From the human T2T-CHM13v2.0 reference genome, Homo sapiens, in assembly GCF_009914755.1 (NCBI RefSeq), contig NC_060927.1: 64,000 nt of DNA, one strand, 5' to 3'. Below the pieces are notes generated by a model. The model was given only the letters and a program-made list of their open reading frames with translations, was not told where the DNA came from and did no database searches. This document shows positions 13,809 to 34,689 of the stretch, piece after piece. The position numbers and the translations under genes are program-made. Positions within the stretch are counted from its first letter, which is position 1, and each line of letters opens with the position of its first letter.

Positions 13809-16678
13809 TCATTTATGATCTTGTTTTTGTAGATCCCTGAACTTCAGCACCTTGTTTCCAGTTTTCCTTTATCACCAAGCCACCGGTGGACACCTCCCTT
13901 TCCAAAGCGCATCACTCCTAGAGTGTAGGTCATTAAAAAAAATTCCTCTTATTGTTATCGTTTTAGTTGGAATTTAGTAGGGAGTGAAATTAGGTGTCCA
14001 TGTTCAAAATGTCATCCTGACATGGAATCCATGTTATTTTTGTTCAATGTGTAATTATTTAATTTTAATTACAGTTTTATTTTATGGTAAATGTAATCTT
14101 TATTTATAGATAGGACTTAACTGAATAGACTACTTGAAGTATTGTAGTTTTCTTTTGAACGACAAAATATTAGGGTATTTGTTTTGATTACATGTGTTTA
14201 GAACTTATTAGCCAATTAAGAAACTTGACAAATTGTTTTTTTAAGTCAGTAATTCATTTTATGTAGAGATGTTGCAGGGACTTTTCTTATTCTGTAGATA
14301 TTGAAAGCATTTATCTGGTATAATAGGACATCTTGCTGTCCATTTATTGCTTATATATTGGGTGTTCTAGAGTGCCACATTTTTTATCAAATGTTTCTTT
14401 GCTTATAATAGATCTCCATATTGGCTTTGGTACTCTAGAGACTTCTAGAGTGATTTATCAGAAATATACTTATTTAAGGAATGAGGGACAAATAACATCT
14501 TAAATTTTAATATAGTTTCTTTGGCTTTTTGTTTGTTTGGTCTGGGTAGGAAATCTCTTTACTCTGAACTTGTACTTTCTTCTTGAGGACCATTCAAATT
14601 TGTAAGTAAAGTTAGTTAATAAAGTAAATGGAGTTGTTCATATGTCCAGGATGTGAGTTTTATTCAAAATTGTGTAAAATCAATTCTTATGACAACTAAG
14701 AAGTTAGCAGCTTAGTTTATTTCAATCTGTGCTTGGTTTCATGGTTGTTTTTAACAGCCTTTAATAATTTTTTTCCTCTCTTTGTTTTTGCATTTACTAT
14801 TTTTTTCACACGTATTTTCTTCAGAGTCACTTTTTGCTACTTGCAATCTATAAGCATGATTAAGAGGCATACAGTGTGAGGATTAAAACAATGAACATTA
14901 AGACATAGAGGGCAGGGGGAAGGTCCAATAGCTTATTCTGTGCATACTGTGCATACTGTGATGTTTTAAAACTTACTGCTTTCTTTGAATTTGACATCAT
15001 GTGACTTGACTTATAGATCTGTTATTGCTATCATAGTTTATTGAACCACACCAGCAACATTTATAGAATATACCAGAATTTTCAAGAGATGAATTGCTCG
15101 TATGAAGATGTAGGGTGAATAATGAGCACAATTAGTTTGGAAAATGGCAGGCATATGTTTTCTATAGTAGAGTCCTTGTGTTAGGGAAAACTGTGAGATG
15201 GGTTTGGAGATAACTGAGCTTGCTTAATTAATTGGTAAGGTGGGAGAAGTAGAAGATTGGGAAATAAGGTGCTAGGGAGGATTGGGTAGATAGTACTTGA
15301 TAGAAGACCTCACTGCTAATTGCAGTATCCCGTTTTTCTATAATGGTGATAAAAATGTGATCAGACTCTGCTTCCTCTGGGACAGTGCCAATTAAGCCCT
15401 GCTATCTTCATGTTATAGTACCTCCTTCAAGACCTGCATATGTCCCCCAAATATTTCCTTTTATCCTCCAAAGGCTTCAGGACTTGGATGATAGGTGATA
15501 TGGTCTTCCTGTTAATAGCAAACCACTGAAGATCGTGTATTTGGCTGCCGAGGGTTATCTGTGAAGACAAGGATATTAGTACTTCAGATTATTATTATTC
15601 ACCTTCCTGTATAAAAGATATACATTGAACCTTGAGCGATTGTTATGCCAGCCTTGAGATTTTAAAGGTCTGTCAAAATCAGAATGCTGCTTTTTCATTA
15701 GCTATGGTATGAGGGAAACATATTTCATATGCTTCTGATTCAGATTTTACAAATTCACTCAAATTAGTACTTCCCTCAGTTAACTTCTTTCCTAGTGCCT
15801 GCTTCCTTCTCCCAAATAACTTGTGTTGTTTCACAACTCAGTTAGGTAATATTATTTCATTCTCATGGTAAGGTAAATATTATTGTCATTTTGCAGATAA
15901 GGAAAGAGATGCTCAGAGAGGAAATAGCTTGTTCAGGGGCACTATTATTTGAGGATTTCTTTATCTTCTAAATCTGAATACGTATGTAACTTTGAGCATA
16001 TTAGTAACAGATACATTTAGTTTTAAGGGTACAATAAAAACATGATTTTACCAAAATCCACCTCATCTGGAACCACAAATGGTAGTATATTTTGTCCAAC
16101 AGTATATTTTTTTAATAAAAAGGGGCAAATGAGTAAGAAATGAGCTTTTATTAGAGATTTAGTTTAAAAATAAGCTCTTAGAATTTTATTAATGTTTAAA
16201 CTAACTCACCTGTCTTTTGTTACTCTGTATTTTCACAGCTAATTGCCAGAATCATATTTTGGTCCTAAATAATGTGGAACCAAATAATGAAAATAACCCG
16301 TATGTCTATATGCATATAACGTATTTATATTGGCTGAGGTTATCACAAAAAAGGCTGCCTTCCATTTATATTGTTATTGCTTTTTTATCAGAAAACTTTA
16401 GAATTTAACTGATTATTGCTCAAAGATTTTAGTAATCTGTTAAAATTTCCACGTATTTACACGTAATAGAAAATTTAATCAGAAAAAAATCAGGTAACAT
16501 CTGTGGGGACAGTAAGTTGTGATGATAAAATTTTGATATAGAAAGATGCTCATGTCAAAATTAAGGAATAGTCAAGGAAGCTTATAAAGCAAATGGTAGA
16601 AATTTCGTATGTGTAAATTAGGACAATAAAATAATTAAACCTATGTTAACATTAGCAGTAATAAATATTGTGAGTTCA

Positions 16679-17008
<330 letters not shown>

Positions 17009-17086
17009 GGAATGAAGAAATGTAGGAAGGAAAGGAAAGAAGAAAAGAAAAGAAAAAGGAAAGGAAAGGAGGAAGGAAGGAAGAAA
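17009..17086. repeat. GA-rich (GGAA/GAAA) low-complexity tract
   Basis: Directly visible. Confidence 0.85.
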
Positions 17087-17092
17087 TTTCTT

Positions 17093-21532
<4,440 letters not shown>

Positions 21533-21681
21533 GCAAGAAATTTCTTAAAATCACATTGAGAAAGTTTGTGGGTTTATGATCCAATATTCTTCTTTATTAA
21601 GTGAACCCATTAGAGATGGACAAGGACAAATATTACTGCTGCTGAAAGCCATGTAATTCTCTTAAAGACTTACATATATCC

Positions 21682-22044
21682 TGATGTGGTTTGGCTCTGT
21701 GTCCCCACCCAAATCTCATCTTGTAGCTCCCATAATTTCCACGTGTGGTGGGAGGGACCCCATGGGAGATGATTGAATCATCAGGGAGGGTCTTTCTCAC
21801 GCTATTCTCATGATAGTGATTGGGTCTCATGAGATCTGAAGGTAAAAACGGGAGTTTCTCTGCACAAGCTCTTTCTTTGCCTGCTGCTATCCGCGTAAGA
21901 TGTGACTTGCTACTCCTTGCCTTCCACCATGATTGTGAGGCCTCCCCAGCCATGTGGAAATGTAGGTCTAATAAACCTCTTTCTTTTGTAAATTTCCCAG
22001 TCTCAGGTATGTCTTTATCAGCAGCGTGAAAATGGACTAATATA
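21682..22044 (+). mobile_element. THE1A-like MaLR solo LTR
   Basis: TGATGTGGTTTGGCTCTGTGTCCCCACCCAAATCTCATCTTGTAGC...GGACTAATATA; 5-bp TSD tatcc on both sides; internal AATAAA. Confidence 0.93.
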
Positions 22045-22049
22045 TATCC

Positions 22050-24710
<2,661 letters not shown>

Positions 24711-24724
24711 CATGGTTGGATTAA

Positions 24725-25034
<310 letters not shown>

Positions 25035-25239
25035 ATGAATATAAAATATATTTAATATTCACTAAGTGGAAGTGGGTCATCATAAAGGTTGTCATCCTCA
25101 TCTTCATGTTGAATAGGCTCAGAAGGAAGAGGCAGAGGTGGGGTTTGCCTTGCTATCTCAGTGGTGGCAGAGATGGAAGAAAATCCACATGTAAGTGTAT
25201 CCATGCGGTTGAAACCCATGTTGTTCAAGGGTCAACCTG
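25035..25239 (+). mobile_element. Tigger2-family (TcMar) right end
   Basis: taagtggaagtgggtcatcataaagg...cccatgttgttcaagggtcaacctg terminal repeat. Confidence 0.75.
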
Positions 25240-25281
25240 AGTTGTTTTTAAAAATTAACTGTAGGGTTGTCAGTCTGGTAG

Positions 25282-25285
<4 letters not shown>

Positions 25286-25331
<46 letters not shown>
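25286..25331. repeat. (TA)23 microsatellite
   Basis: Directly visible. Confidence 0.97.
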
Positions 25332-25335
<4 letters not shown>

Positions 25336-25822
25336 TTATCAATATTGTAACCAGAACCTGAAATAATTACTTCTTAGTATTTTACTGTAATGCATTTAAT
25401 ACAAAGAATAGCTGGATTGGAGTGGATCAGTATTTATATTGGAACAATTAGAAATAAGAAATAAGGTTGAATAGATAATGGAAGCAAAGATTGTAGAGAA
25501 AAGGCAAGCCTTATTCTTGTAGATTAAATTAGATACATTATTTGAGGAGATGTGAATAATTAAGACTAGATTTGAACCTTTAAGGCAAACACTTTTTAAC
25601 TGCATCATAATTTCCTATAAAGTTAGCATATATATTTCCCTCATATTAAGTGAGAGCATTTACTTATAAAGAATCATATTCAGGTGCTTGCTTCACGTGG
25701 TTATTTATTTCTGAGTCCACAACTAAAACTAAGTAGTTTTTTTCAGATAATTTAAAAGAGTATTTACTTTTCACGATACAAATTATACACTAAGTTTATT
25801 TAACAAAATCTGCTTACTGTAG

Positions 25823-25996
25823 GTCCAGGTCAAGACCTCGTCTCCGTTCTCATAGTCGTAGCAGTGAAAGGTCCAGTCACAGAAGAACGCGTAGTCGGTC
25901 TCGGGATAGAGAACGACGTAAGGGCAGAGATAAAGAGAAAAGAGAAAAGGAGAAGGATAAAGGGAAGGACAAGGAATTACATAACATCAAACGTGG
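25823..25996 (+). CDS. RSRC1: Internal coding exon (likely exon 4) of arginine/serine-rich coiled-coil protein 1; 174 nt, phase 2-2
   Basis: ctgtag|GTCCAGG...CGTGG|gtaagt; translation (R)[57 protein letters not shown](G) matches RSRC1 as I recall it; CpG-rich amid CpG-poor intron. Confidence 0.93.
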
Positions 25997-28443
25997 GTAA
26001 GTTGGAGCAAATCTTATCTGGTAAGGACTTGGTGATTCCATGGCGATGTTCAAACTAAATTTTTGTTCTCTGAGGTTTTTCTTGTGGCTTATTTGCTATA
26101 AGAGTAGAAGAAAATGGAATAAAAAGAGAGAATACAGTAGAGAAGGAAGAAAGGATAAATCAAAATAGTTACCTCAGATTTTTACTGTGGTACATTTTCA
26201 TTTCTATTTTTATTTAATAATAATATAACAATATTGGAATCAATATAAACAGCAATATCAAAGTTTAGTATGTAAGTAGAGGAAAATTTGCCTAATTCTG
26301 TAGGAAAGTTTCATACTCTGTTTCCTTTGTTATGAGTATGAACTTAAAATTTGAAGACTACTTAGTGATTAAAAATGTCTATTACCATATTGTAAAGCTG
26401 TTAGCGGAAAAGTATAAAGTTGAAACAGAAGGAGGGGACCATGTGATTTACTATTGTTTAAGCCTTTTTTAGTATAGAATGGGAGCTTGGGCAATATTAG
26501 GGTATGTGTGTGTTTGTAAGAGTGAGTGTATCTGCTTATGAGGTCCAGATTTTATTTTTCATAGAATTGATATTATTAAAACAATGAGATTCTAGTTTTG
26601 TCCATTTAGAGACAGAACTTGAAATCCACTCATAAGTGTTTGTCAAATTAGAAAACATTAAAATGAAACAATCTTTTTTAACAGAGTAAATTTACAGCAT
26701 CTTGTTTGTTTTATTCAAAATTGTAATTGGGGTCTTTTATTCTAGGAAGTAGAATCTAATCTTGGAATTTATCCTCTTTTGTCAGTCTTTCAGTGTCTTG
26801 TGTGAATATATTTATTGTAATACTTCAATATAAATGTGTTTATATTTAATGTATTAGTTTTCCATGTTGAAGAGTTTACTAGGATTGCACATATAGTATC
26901 CTGAGATCTTGATTCTATAAAGAATTATTAAGTTTATTAAAAGATACAGAACTCTTTCCTCATTCCTTTCTTTTTCACAGTTGTTTGTGTGTTTATTTTT
27001 TATTTCCAAATTTATAGTGATGTTATATAAATCTGCCTAGATTGTTGGCTTTTAAGTATTCTTTAAATGTTGAATTTGTGGTGGAGTTTGGAAGAGGATA
27101 ACATATTATTATGTGACTTTTGTTCACCTGATCATCCCACAACCATTAATGTACAGTAATCAGTTATGTTCCTGTAAAATTCTGAGTTCTATCCTCTTCT
27201 AGTTTTAAGGATTGTGAAATGTTACAGGAGAGGAGTTAGAAGTTAGATACCTGTCTGTAAAGGTGGGGAGGCTGAGTTAGCCAGCACTGGTAAAATGGAA
27301 TGAAGGCAGAAAGCATATTGGGAAAATCTCTTGGTAACGGGAGAAAGTCAGTAGGATGATAAATTCGAAGGGAGGATTTACATACAGTAGAGTTCTGAGT
27401 CTGGAAAATATGCTTAATGAATAAAACTTGTCAATCAAGGAACTGCCTTGCTTCTGGTTCCTTTTAAAATTTTTTCTTCTTTTGGTTTTGTTTTTAAAAA
27501 TTACATGGCTGTGGAAGAAAGCTATGATTTTTACTGGTCATTAAATTTTTGCCTTCCACCTCACCAAAGTTTACTTTTTTAGAATAATACTTGTGTAATT
27601 GCATAAAATTTATATTATATAAAACATTATATGGGGAATTTTAAAGGTAAGAAATATGAGAGAGTGAATAAAACAGAAAGGTTAGGTTGTGTTAAAAAGG
27701 GTTCTCATATGGTAACATTAATCTTGAATGTCTCAGCCAGCTTTACAGGTTAGACTCATCTCTCACTCATAGTTGATTGTGTTCAAGTGGACCAATTTCT
27801 GGATGGCAAGTTTACAAGATAATAGTGTTGTATTTGTCGTTATTTCTTAACATTAATTTCAACAAAGGCAATGAACAAAGTCAAAATAAGAGGTGCAAAA
27901 TAAAAGGGCACTGGGGACTGATGCCAAAAAACTGTGGGTAGTCTGCATTATGGTTTTAGTGGGCCGTAGTAGAGGATAGTGTTGTGTTAGGGTGCCCTTT
28001 CCCTTGCTTAGTGCTGAGGTGCACACAGATTCTTATATTTCCTAAGCCTGATTTTCAAGCCATTCTGGACTTAGAATCTTTTGTATCACTCAGAGCACCT
28101 AATGTACATGTTAATTTTTGTTAAATATTTAATATTTAAATATTGATTATCAAATATGCACATTCATTCATCTGTTTAATTGTTCAGTCAACAGTATTTA
28201 AATGCCTTCTACTTGTCAGGTACTGTGTTAAGTAATAAGGATATAAATGTTAGTGCCAGTACTGCTTGGAGCTTTCACACAGGTGGGAATATAAACATGT
28301 GTAGAAGGGAAGATATGCAAGTGATTATAGTAAAGTCGGATGAATTTTTCCAGTAGGAAAAGTAAAAAGAGCTGTGGAAACACTGTACCAGTTAGGATGC
28401 TTTGGCTGTAACAAAACCTAACTAAGAGTAGCTTAAATTAAAC

Positions 28444-28867
28444 CAAGGGTCAGCAAACTTTTGTAAAGGGCTAGATTAGGGGTATCCAATCTTCTGGCTT
28501 CCCTGGGCCACACTGGAAGAAGAAGAATTGTTTTGGGCCACATATGAAATACTCTAACGATAGCTGATGAGCTAAAAAAAAATCACAAAAATCTCATAAT
28601 GTTTTAAGAAAGTTTACGAATTTGTGTTGGGCCACATTCGAAGCTGTCCTGGGCTGCATGTGGCCCACGGGCTGCAAGTTGGAGAAGATTGGGCTAGATA
28701 GTAAATAATTTAGGCTTTCTGGATCATTTGGTCTCTGTTGCAACTACTGAACTTTACAACTATAGGTAATAGTAAACTAACAGGAAGGCCGTATTTCAGT
28801 AAAACTATTTATAAAAATGGGTGTCTGGCTGGATTTGGCTCAAGAGTTGTTATTTGTCATTTCTGGC
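28444..28867 (+). mobile_element. MER58A-like hAT-Charlie element split by MER30
   Basis: caagggtcagcaaacttttgtaaagggctagat ... agtaaataatttaggctt...ctggatttggc. Confidence 0.8.
28477..28691 (+). mobile_element. MER30 (hAT-Charlie MITE)
   Basis: aggggtatccaatcttctggcttccctgggccacactggaagaag...; perfect 8-bp TSD ggctagat (28469-28476, 28692-28699). Confidence 0.92.
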
Positions 28868-29357
28868 TTAAACTATGAGTGCACTTACCGCTAATAATGA
28901 GCAGTTAAAAGATAAGCAGTCTGAGGCTGTTTTTATACTTCTCACAGGCTAGTCTAAGCATGTTGGCTTTCATTTTCAGTCTTGACACCTTCTGGTTGAG
29001 AGATATTTCCCTCCATAAACTTCAAGCTGGTTGATCTTAACTAGTCTCTGTGTCAGGGAAGGGCTCTCAGATGAAGTGATTTTACATATTGAAGTAAGAG
29101 ATGGGGAGGAATGATCATGCAAAATGAATTTCATATGGAAAGGCTTGGAGGCATCAGGATGTGTGTGGTACAATTTGAGGGACTGAAGTCTAGTGGGGCT
29201 TGGTTTAGAGTAGAAGATAAATAATGATGAGAGATGATTATGAGAGGGCTTTGAGTATGCAGTTAATTCTGGAGGCAGTGGGGTGCCAATGTAGAGTTTC
29301 AAGTAGAGAAATGATGTGATTGGGTCTACATGGGATATGAACAAAATGCTTTACTCA

Positions 29358-29684
<327 letters not shown>

Positions 29685-29685
29685 C

Positions 29686-29900
29686 TAACATTTTAAATGT
29701 ATTTTTTCAGTATCAGGAATTTTGCTAAGCATTTGACATATATTATCTCATTTAATAACCTGATGAAATAGGTGCTTTTATTATCCTATTAATATAGATG
29801 AAGGTGCTTAGGCTTGTGGTCATAGAGCTAATAAACGGCAGAGTTAGGCTTCTAATTCAAATGGACTGACTGTGACCTGCCTCTTAACGACACACTATCC
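29686..29900 (-). mobile_element. MIR
   Basis: tgctaagcatttgacatatattatctcatttaat...tattatcctattaatatagatgaagg. Confidence 0.7.
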
Positions 29901-30388
29901 TCATTTCTTTAGTAATCCATAATTATTAATGATGAACAAGAGAGTTTGAGATCAAGTGATATACTGTTGTTTAAACGTTCCTAGAAAATAGAACTGAAAG
30001 AATTTTCTATACACTGTTTTTCCCTGATCAGCCCAGAAATCTCATTAGTAAAAGATTGATCCCTTCTTTTCTCCCTCTCTCTTCGTTCTTACTTTCCCAC
30101 CTCAGCATTTCATCTATTTAGAATTATATTTAATTATCTTCACAGACAATTCCTAGGCCTTAATTAAGTTTATTTTAGTGATGGTTTCATTAGCTGTCTT
30201 TTTTCCAGGTGGCTTTAAAAAATTTGTGGAGAGAGAGAGAGGAAAAAGGATTCACAAACATTTAAATTAGGACTTATGTATTAGTTCATTGTGATTGTGC
30301 AGTGCATGACAAGTGTTTTAGCTTGTGCTAAGTAACCTAAGTGCTTCTTCACATGGGAAAACAACCTATGTGCAAAAGTAACAGTATT

Positions 30389-30432
<44 letters not shown>

Positions 30433-30458
30433 CAGACAGAGAGACAGACAGACAGACA
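30389..30458. repeat. (GATA)n/(GACA)n compound tetranucleotide STR
   Basis: Directly visible. Confidence 0.97.
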
Positions 30459-31128
30459 GGACACAAAGTATATATTTATAAAGCACAAAAAGCAAGGACA
30501 GTAAGTACAGTAATGGTAAAGCAAGGTAAAGGGTGTTTATAAATTGGGAAAAACAAAACAGGAAAGAAAGGAATGCTCAAGCAGGAATTAATGAGCTTAA
30601 TAATGAGGGAGAGCTTTTTTATACTTTTGAGAAAAAAATGCGAGATCAGATAATTCTGAAAAACCCTTTTTAAATAACAGCTAATTATAGTTCTGGAAAT
30701 ACCTAGAACATTAAAATTGTAGAATTCGTCTTATAATGTCATAAATTGGCCTGCTAATTTTATTTATCTACAGATTTAGGAAGACCTAATATAAACTGGA
30801 AAGGTCTCAGGAGTTTCTAGGGACTAAAAGATGCCTTTCCTTATAACACTGTGTGAATGATTAATATAAGAAAGACATCGAGTCCTGTCTGAAATTTTAT
30901 CAAGAATGTTTAATGACTTTTAATGTTTTATATTTATAAAATTTAGTTTCTAAGAATATTTTCTCCTTTAAACACTGATACAGATTTTTCTTTTTTGTTT
31001 TCCCCCCAAATTTTAAAAATAAATATTTCTTATCTTTAGAAAATTTCATTTTTTAAAAGTGAAAGCAATTTATTAAGAAAGTAAAGGAGTAAAGAATGGC
31101 TACTCCGTAGTCAGAGCAACTGTATTTC

Positions 31129-31442
31129 TTTTTTTCTAATTTGTAATTTTTAGAGACAGGGTCTCACTTTGTTGCTCAGGCTGGAGTGCAGGGATGTGAT
31201 CATAGCTCACTGCAACCTTGAACTCCTGGACTCCAGTGATCCTCCCACCTTAGCCTCTTAAGTAGCTAGTACTGCAAGTGTTCACCACGAAACTTGGCTA
31301 ATTTTTTTATTCTTTATTTTTTCTTGAAATAAAGTCTCACTATGTTGACCAGGCTGGCCTCAAACTCCTGGTCTCAAGCAATCCTCTGGCTTTGGCCTTC
31401 CAAAGCACTAGGATTACAGGAGTGAGCCACTGTGCCAGGCCC
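31129..31442 (-). mobile_element. AluJ, antisense
   Basis: J-type motifs (gatcatagctcactgcaaccttgaactcctgg). Confidence 0.92.
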
Positions 31443-31907
31443 TAGATCATTACAATTTTTATAAGGGATAATGTCTTTGCATTATGAAAACAGATTTTTC
31501 TTAATAGCAGAGTTGTTAAGTTGAAATTGGATACAACATTATTTTGTTAAACTGTTATTGAGAGTCAACAATCAGAAATAGGAAACTTGTCATGGCATCT
31601 CATAATTGCAATTTGATTTGATGATGGTGAATGTTATACATCCTATCTAAGTCTTCTGTGGATTAACATATTATTGGACCTTCTTTACCTACATCTTGAT
31701 CCAAACTCCCTAACATATAGTTGACTGGTATAAAACCTCTTTAAATATGTCTTTGAAAAATTAGTTGTGAACAGATATGTAAGTAGCCACTAGTGATGTT
31801 CTACTACTCATTCTTAAATCACAGTGCCATCCTTAAAAGGGGAATTTGGATGGGATTGATTTAAATCACCAGCTAGGAAAATTTGGTTTCAGGCAGTTGT
31901 TGCCTAC

Positions 31908-32268
31908 TGCTGTGGTTTGAATATGTCTCCCAAAGTTTTTGTGTTGGAAACTTGATCCAAATTGCGGCAGTGTTGGGAGGTGGGACCTTTATGGAAGGTG
32001 GGTCTTCCCTCATGAATGGATTAATGCAGTTATCAAGGGAGTGGGTATGCTATCATGGGAGTAGGTTTCTTATAAGGCTTCCCCCTCCTACGTGCTCTTT
32101 GCCTTTCTTCTTTGGAATGATGCAGCAAGAAGTTCATCATCAGATGCTGGCCTCTCAATCTTGGACTTCCCAGCATCCAGAACTGTGAGGCAATAAATTT
32201 TTATTCATTATAAACTAATGACCCAGACCATTGCATTCTGTTATAGCAGCACAGAATGCACCAAGACA
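31908..32268 (+). mobile_element. MST-family MaLR solo LTR
   Basis: TGCTGTGGTTTGAATATGTCTCCC...CCAAGACA; 5-bp TSD cctac on both sides. Confidence 0.9.
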
Positions 32269-34689
32269 CCTACTAAAATGCTTTCTTCGTAATTTGAATA
32301 ACTTTAGAATTCATTAGGAACCTAATTTTGTATTTCTAAGTGTGCCTTTCTTCATGACCTGCTACCATGAAAAGTTTTCACCGTTATTATTTCCTCATTG
32401 GATTTTCAGTAGATGGATGCTGTTCTGAGAAATGTACCCAACAAGACTTTTGGGATATTTTACTGAAATACTTGTATTTATACATTCTTCCATTTTTCTT
32501 TGTATAATTTTCAGAAGCTTTATACTTTTTGAGAGAGGTAAGAATTTGCCTCTGGATATATAATTTATTTTTCTATAATATGGGGATGGTGGTACTTAAA
32601 AAGCTGTAAGTATTATAAGCAGTGTGAATAATAAAACTAGTACCATGTAGTAATCATACTTTATAGATATATGTTAGTTATGGCTTTAACCTTGGCAAAA
32701 TTCCAGTGTCTTCAGTTTTAGAGTTTCATGTAATAAATTCCTGTCAATAAGGGGTTTTGTTTTTTATTCCCTCTACCTAGTGATTGGTAGAAGATGTTGG
32801 GAGTGATTTGGGAAAGCTGGACTCTGAGTTTTGACAGCAGTTACATACTTATAGAGTCTGTCATATTTTTCCTAACCTGTCATTTATACAGCAGGAAGTA
32901 ATTTATGCTAATTTACCCCTATTTGCATATAGGTTATAGAGTTCTGTGGTGCAGAGCATGCTTAGAACTCCTTTTAAGTGTCTGTTTGGATCAAAGCAGG
33001 GCTGTATGATAGCTGTTGTCTGACACCAAGCTGTGTGGTGTTGTTTTCATTAAACATTTATCACACTTCCAATGTGACAGCAGGCAACTTTGTGCCAGGA
33101 TAACATGTCTTCATGCAAAATTTATTGAAAAAGACGAAGACTTTGTAAAGAGATCTTGTTGCCTTTCACCAGTGGCGAAGGGTAAATGTTTGGTTCGAAA
33201 GCAGTATATCGAAAGTATACCTTTAACACATGTCATTATAGCATGCAAAAAAAAAAAAAAAAGCTTCATACCGTCAATTTTGTTAAGCAGGTAAACAAAT
33301 ACATCTTTATATACATGTGTGCACTGGAATCTTTTTAAATTAAAGTTTTTACAGTTTCCTCATAAACCAAATGAATATTATAACATAGTGGCCCATTGTG
33401 TTGTTGGCCATTTTATATTACAGCAAAATTTACCACCCAATTTCTATTCTGTGGGTTTGAATATTTGGTATTAGTTCTGATTTAACCAAAATAATCTAAT
33501 TTTTTAGAAAAGATGAGGTCAAGAAAGGGAACATAATATAACAAAAAACATTCAGCAAAAGCAGGAGACAAGGATTTCCTCAGTACTCCAAGGTAACCAC
33601 CTTTCTTTTATACATTATATCAGTACATTTAAATTATCACACAGTGTGCCCAATGGGATTTGACTTGAATTATGCCTGATAATGTCTTAAATGGCATGAA
33701 TTGTAGGTTCATTCTCTTTTTTGGTGATTGCTCGACTGTGAAAGCTTTAGAATGAGAGAAGGTACTTTAAATTTCCTTTTTCATTCCACAGGAGGCTGAG
33801 GAATTAGGGATATGTGAAGAAGTTAGAGGATGGGAGTAGCCTCATGCTGGACTTTTTAGTAAGTTTCATTACATGGTCTATAAAAAATTTAGTGGACCCT
33901 TTGCAAGAGGTATTACAAAAATTATGTTAGCATTAACATTCAGGAATAAAAGGGAAAGAGTACTGAGTTGTAGTGTAATGGAAGACCCTTGTCTTTGGAC
34001 CGGTATGGAATGCACAGAAACCTTCAAATTCTGACTCATTATGCTTTGGAGCTACTGAGGGATGATTGTTTTTAAAACGGCAAAACCATGCCTCATACAA
34101 ATATACATGAACACTTGCCAAAGATATTACTTACCTAATTAATGAGAAAATAAGTGAGACGTTACAAGTAGCTCAAAGGATCAGGAGTAGACACAAACGT
34201 AGGCTACCAAAAATCTAGCCATGAATAACGTAATAGATTCAAAACTAGCTTCTTCCACATAGGGGAAGGAAATCAATTACACCTCCACTGGACAAAATTC
34301 ATTTGCCTGTTTATAGAAAAGAATTATTTGCATTGCTATCAATTATCTATAATCTATGGAGTCTAAAAATACCTCAGATAAGGAAAGGTGCCCTAGACAA
34401 TATACCCGGTAGTCTTTTTTGATCATCTCAAGTCATTTACAGTTTTTTTCCTGTGAGAAGGCAAGTAACTTTTTTGAACTTTAAATTTATTATTCCATAA
34501 GATGGAGATAATGGTAATAGAGAAGATGTTAACTATTAGAAGCAGTGTGTGTCAGAAGACTAGTACTATGTAGTAGCAGCTCAATAAATGGTCATTTTAT
34601 TTTTTATTGATAAAACAGTTTTAACTATTGGTTTTGTGATTACCAGTTTCTCAACTATCATTCTTTTTTCTCACTTTTGTGTCTTTATA

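Larger units (their letters stand above)
28140..29340 (-). mobile_element. L2 fragments with nested MLT1-like LTR piece (~28385) and DNA transposons
   Basis: cattcattcatctg...ttctacttgtcaggtactgtg; gggtgccaatgtagagtttcaagtagagaaatgatgtgat. Confidence 0.55.

Noticed and set aside
15300-15700. Possible ancient SINE (LF-SINE/AmnSINE)-like conserved element
   Set aside because: Only a short motif resemblance (gtgccaatta); cannot be supported by eye
25864-26058. 64-aa basic ORF overlapping the exon
   Set aside because: Alternative frame of the purine-rich RSRC1 exon, with a non-ATG start and running past the splice donor
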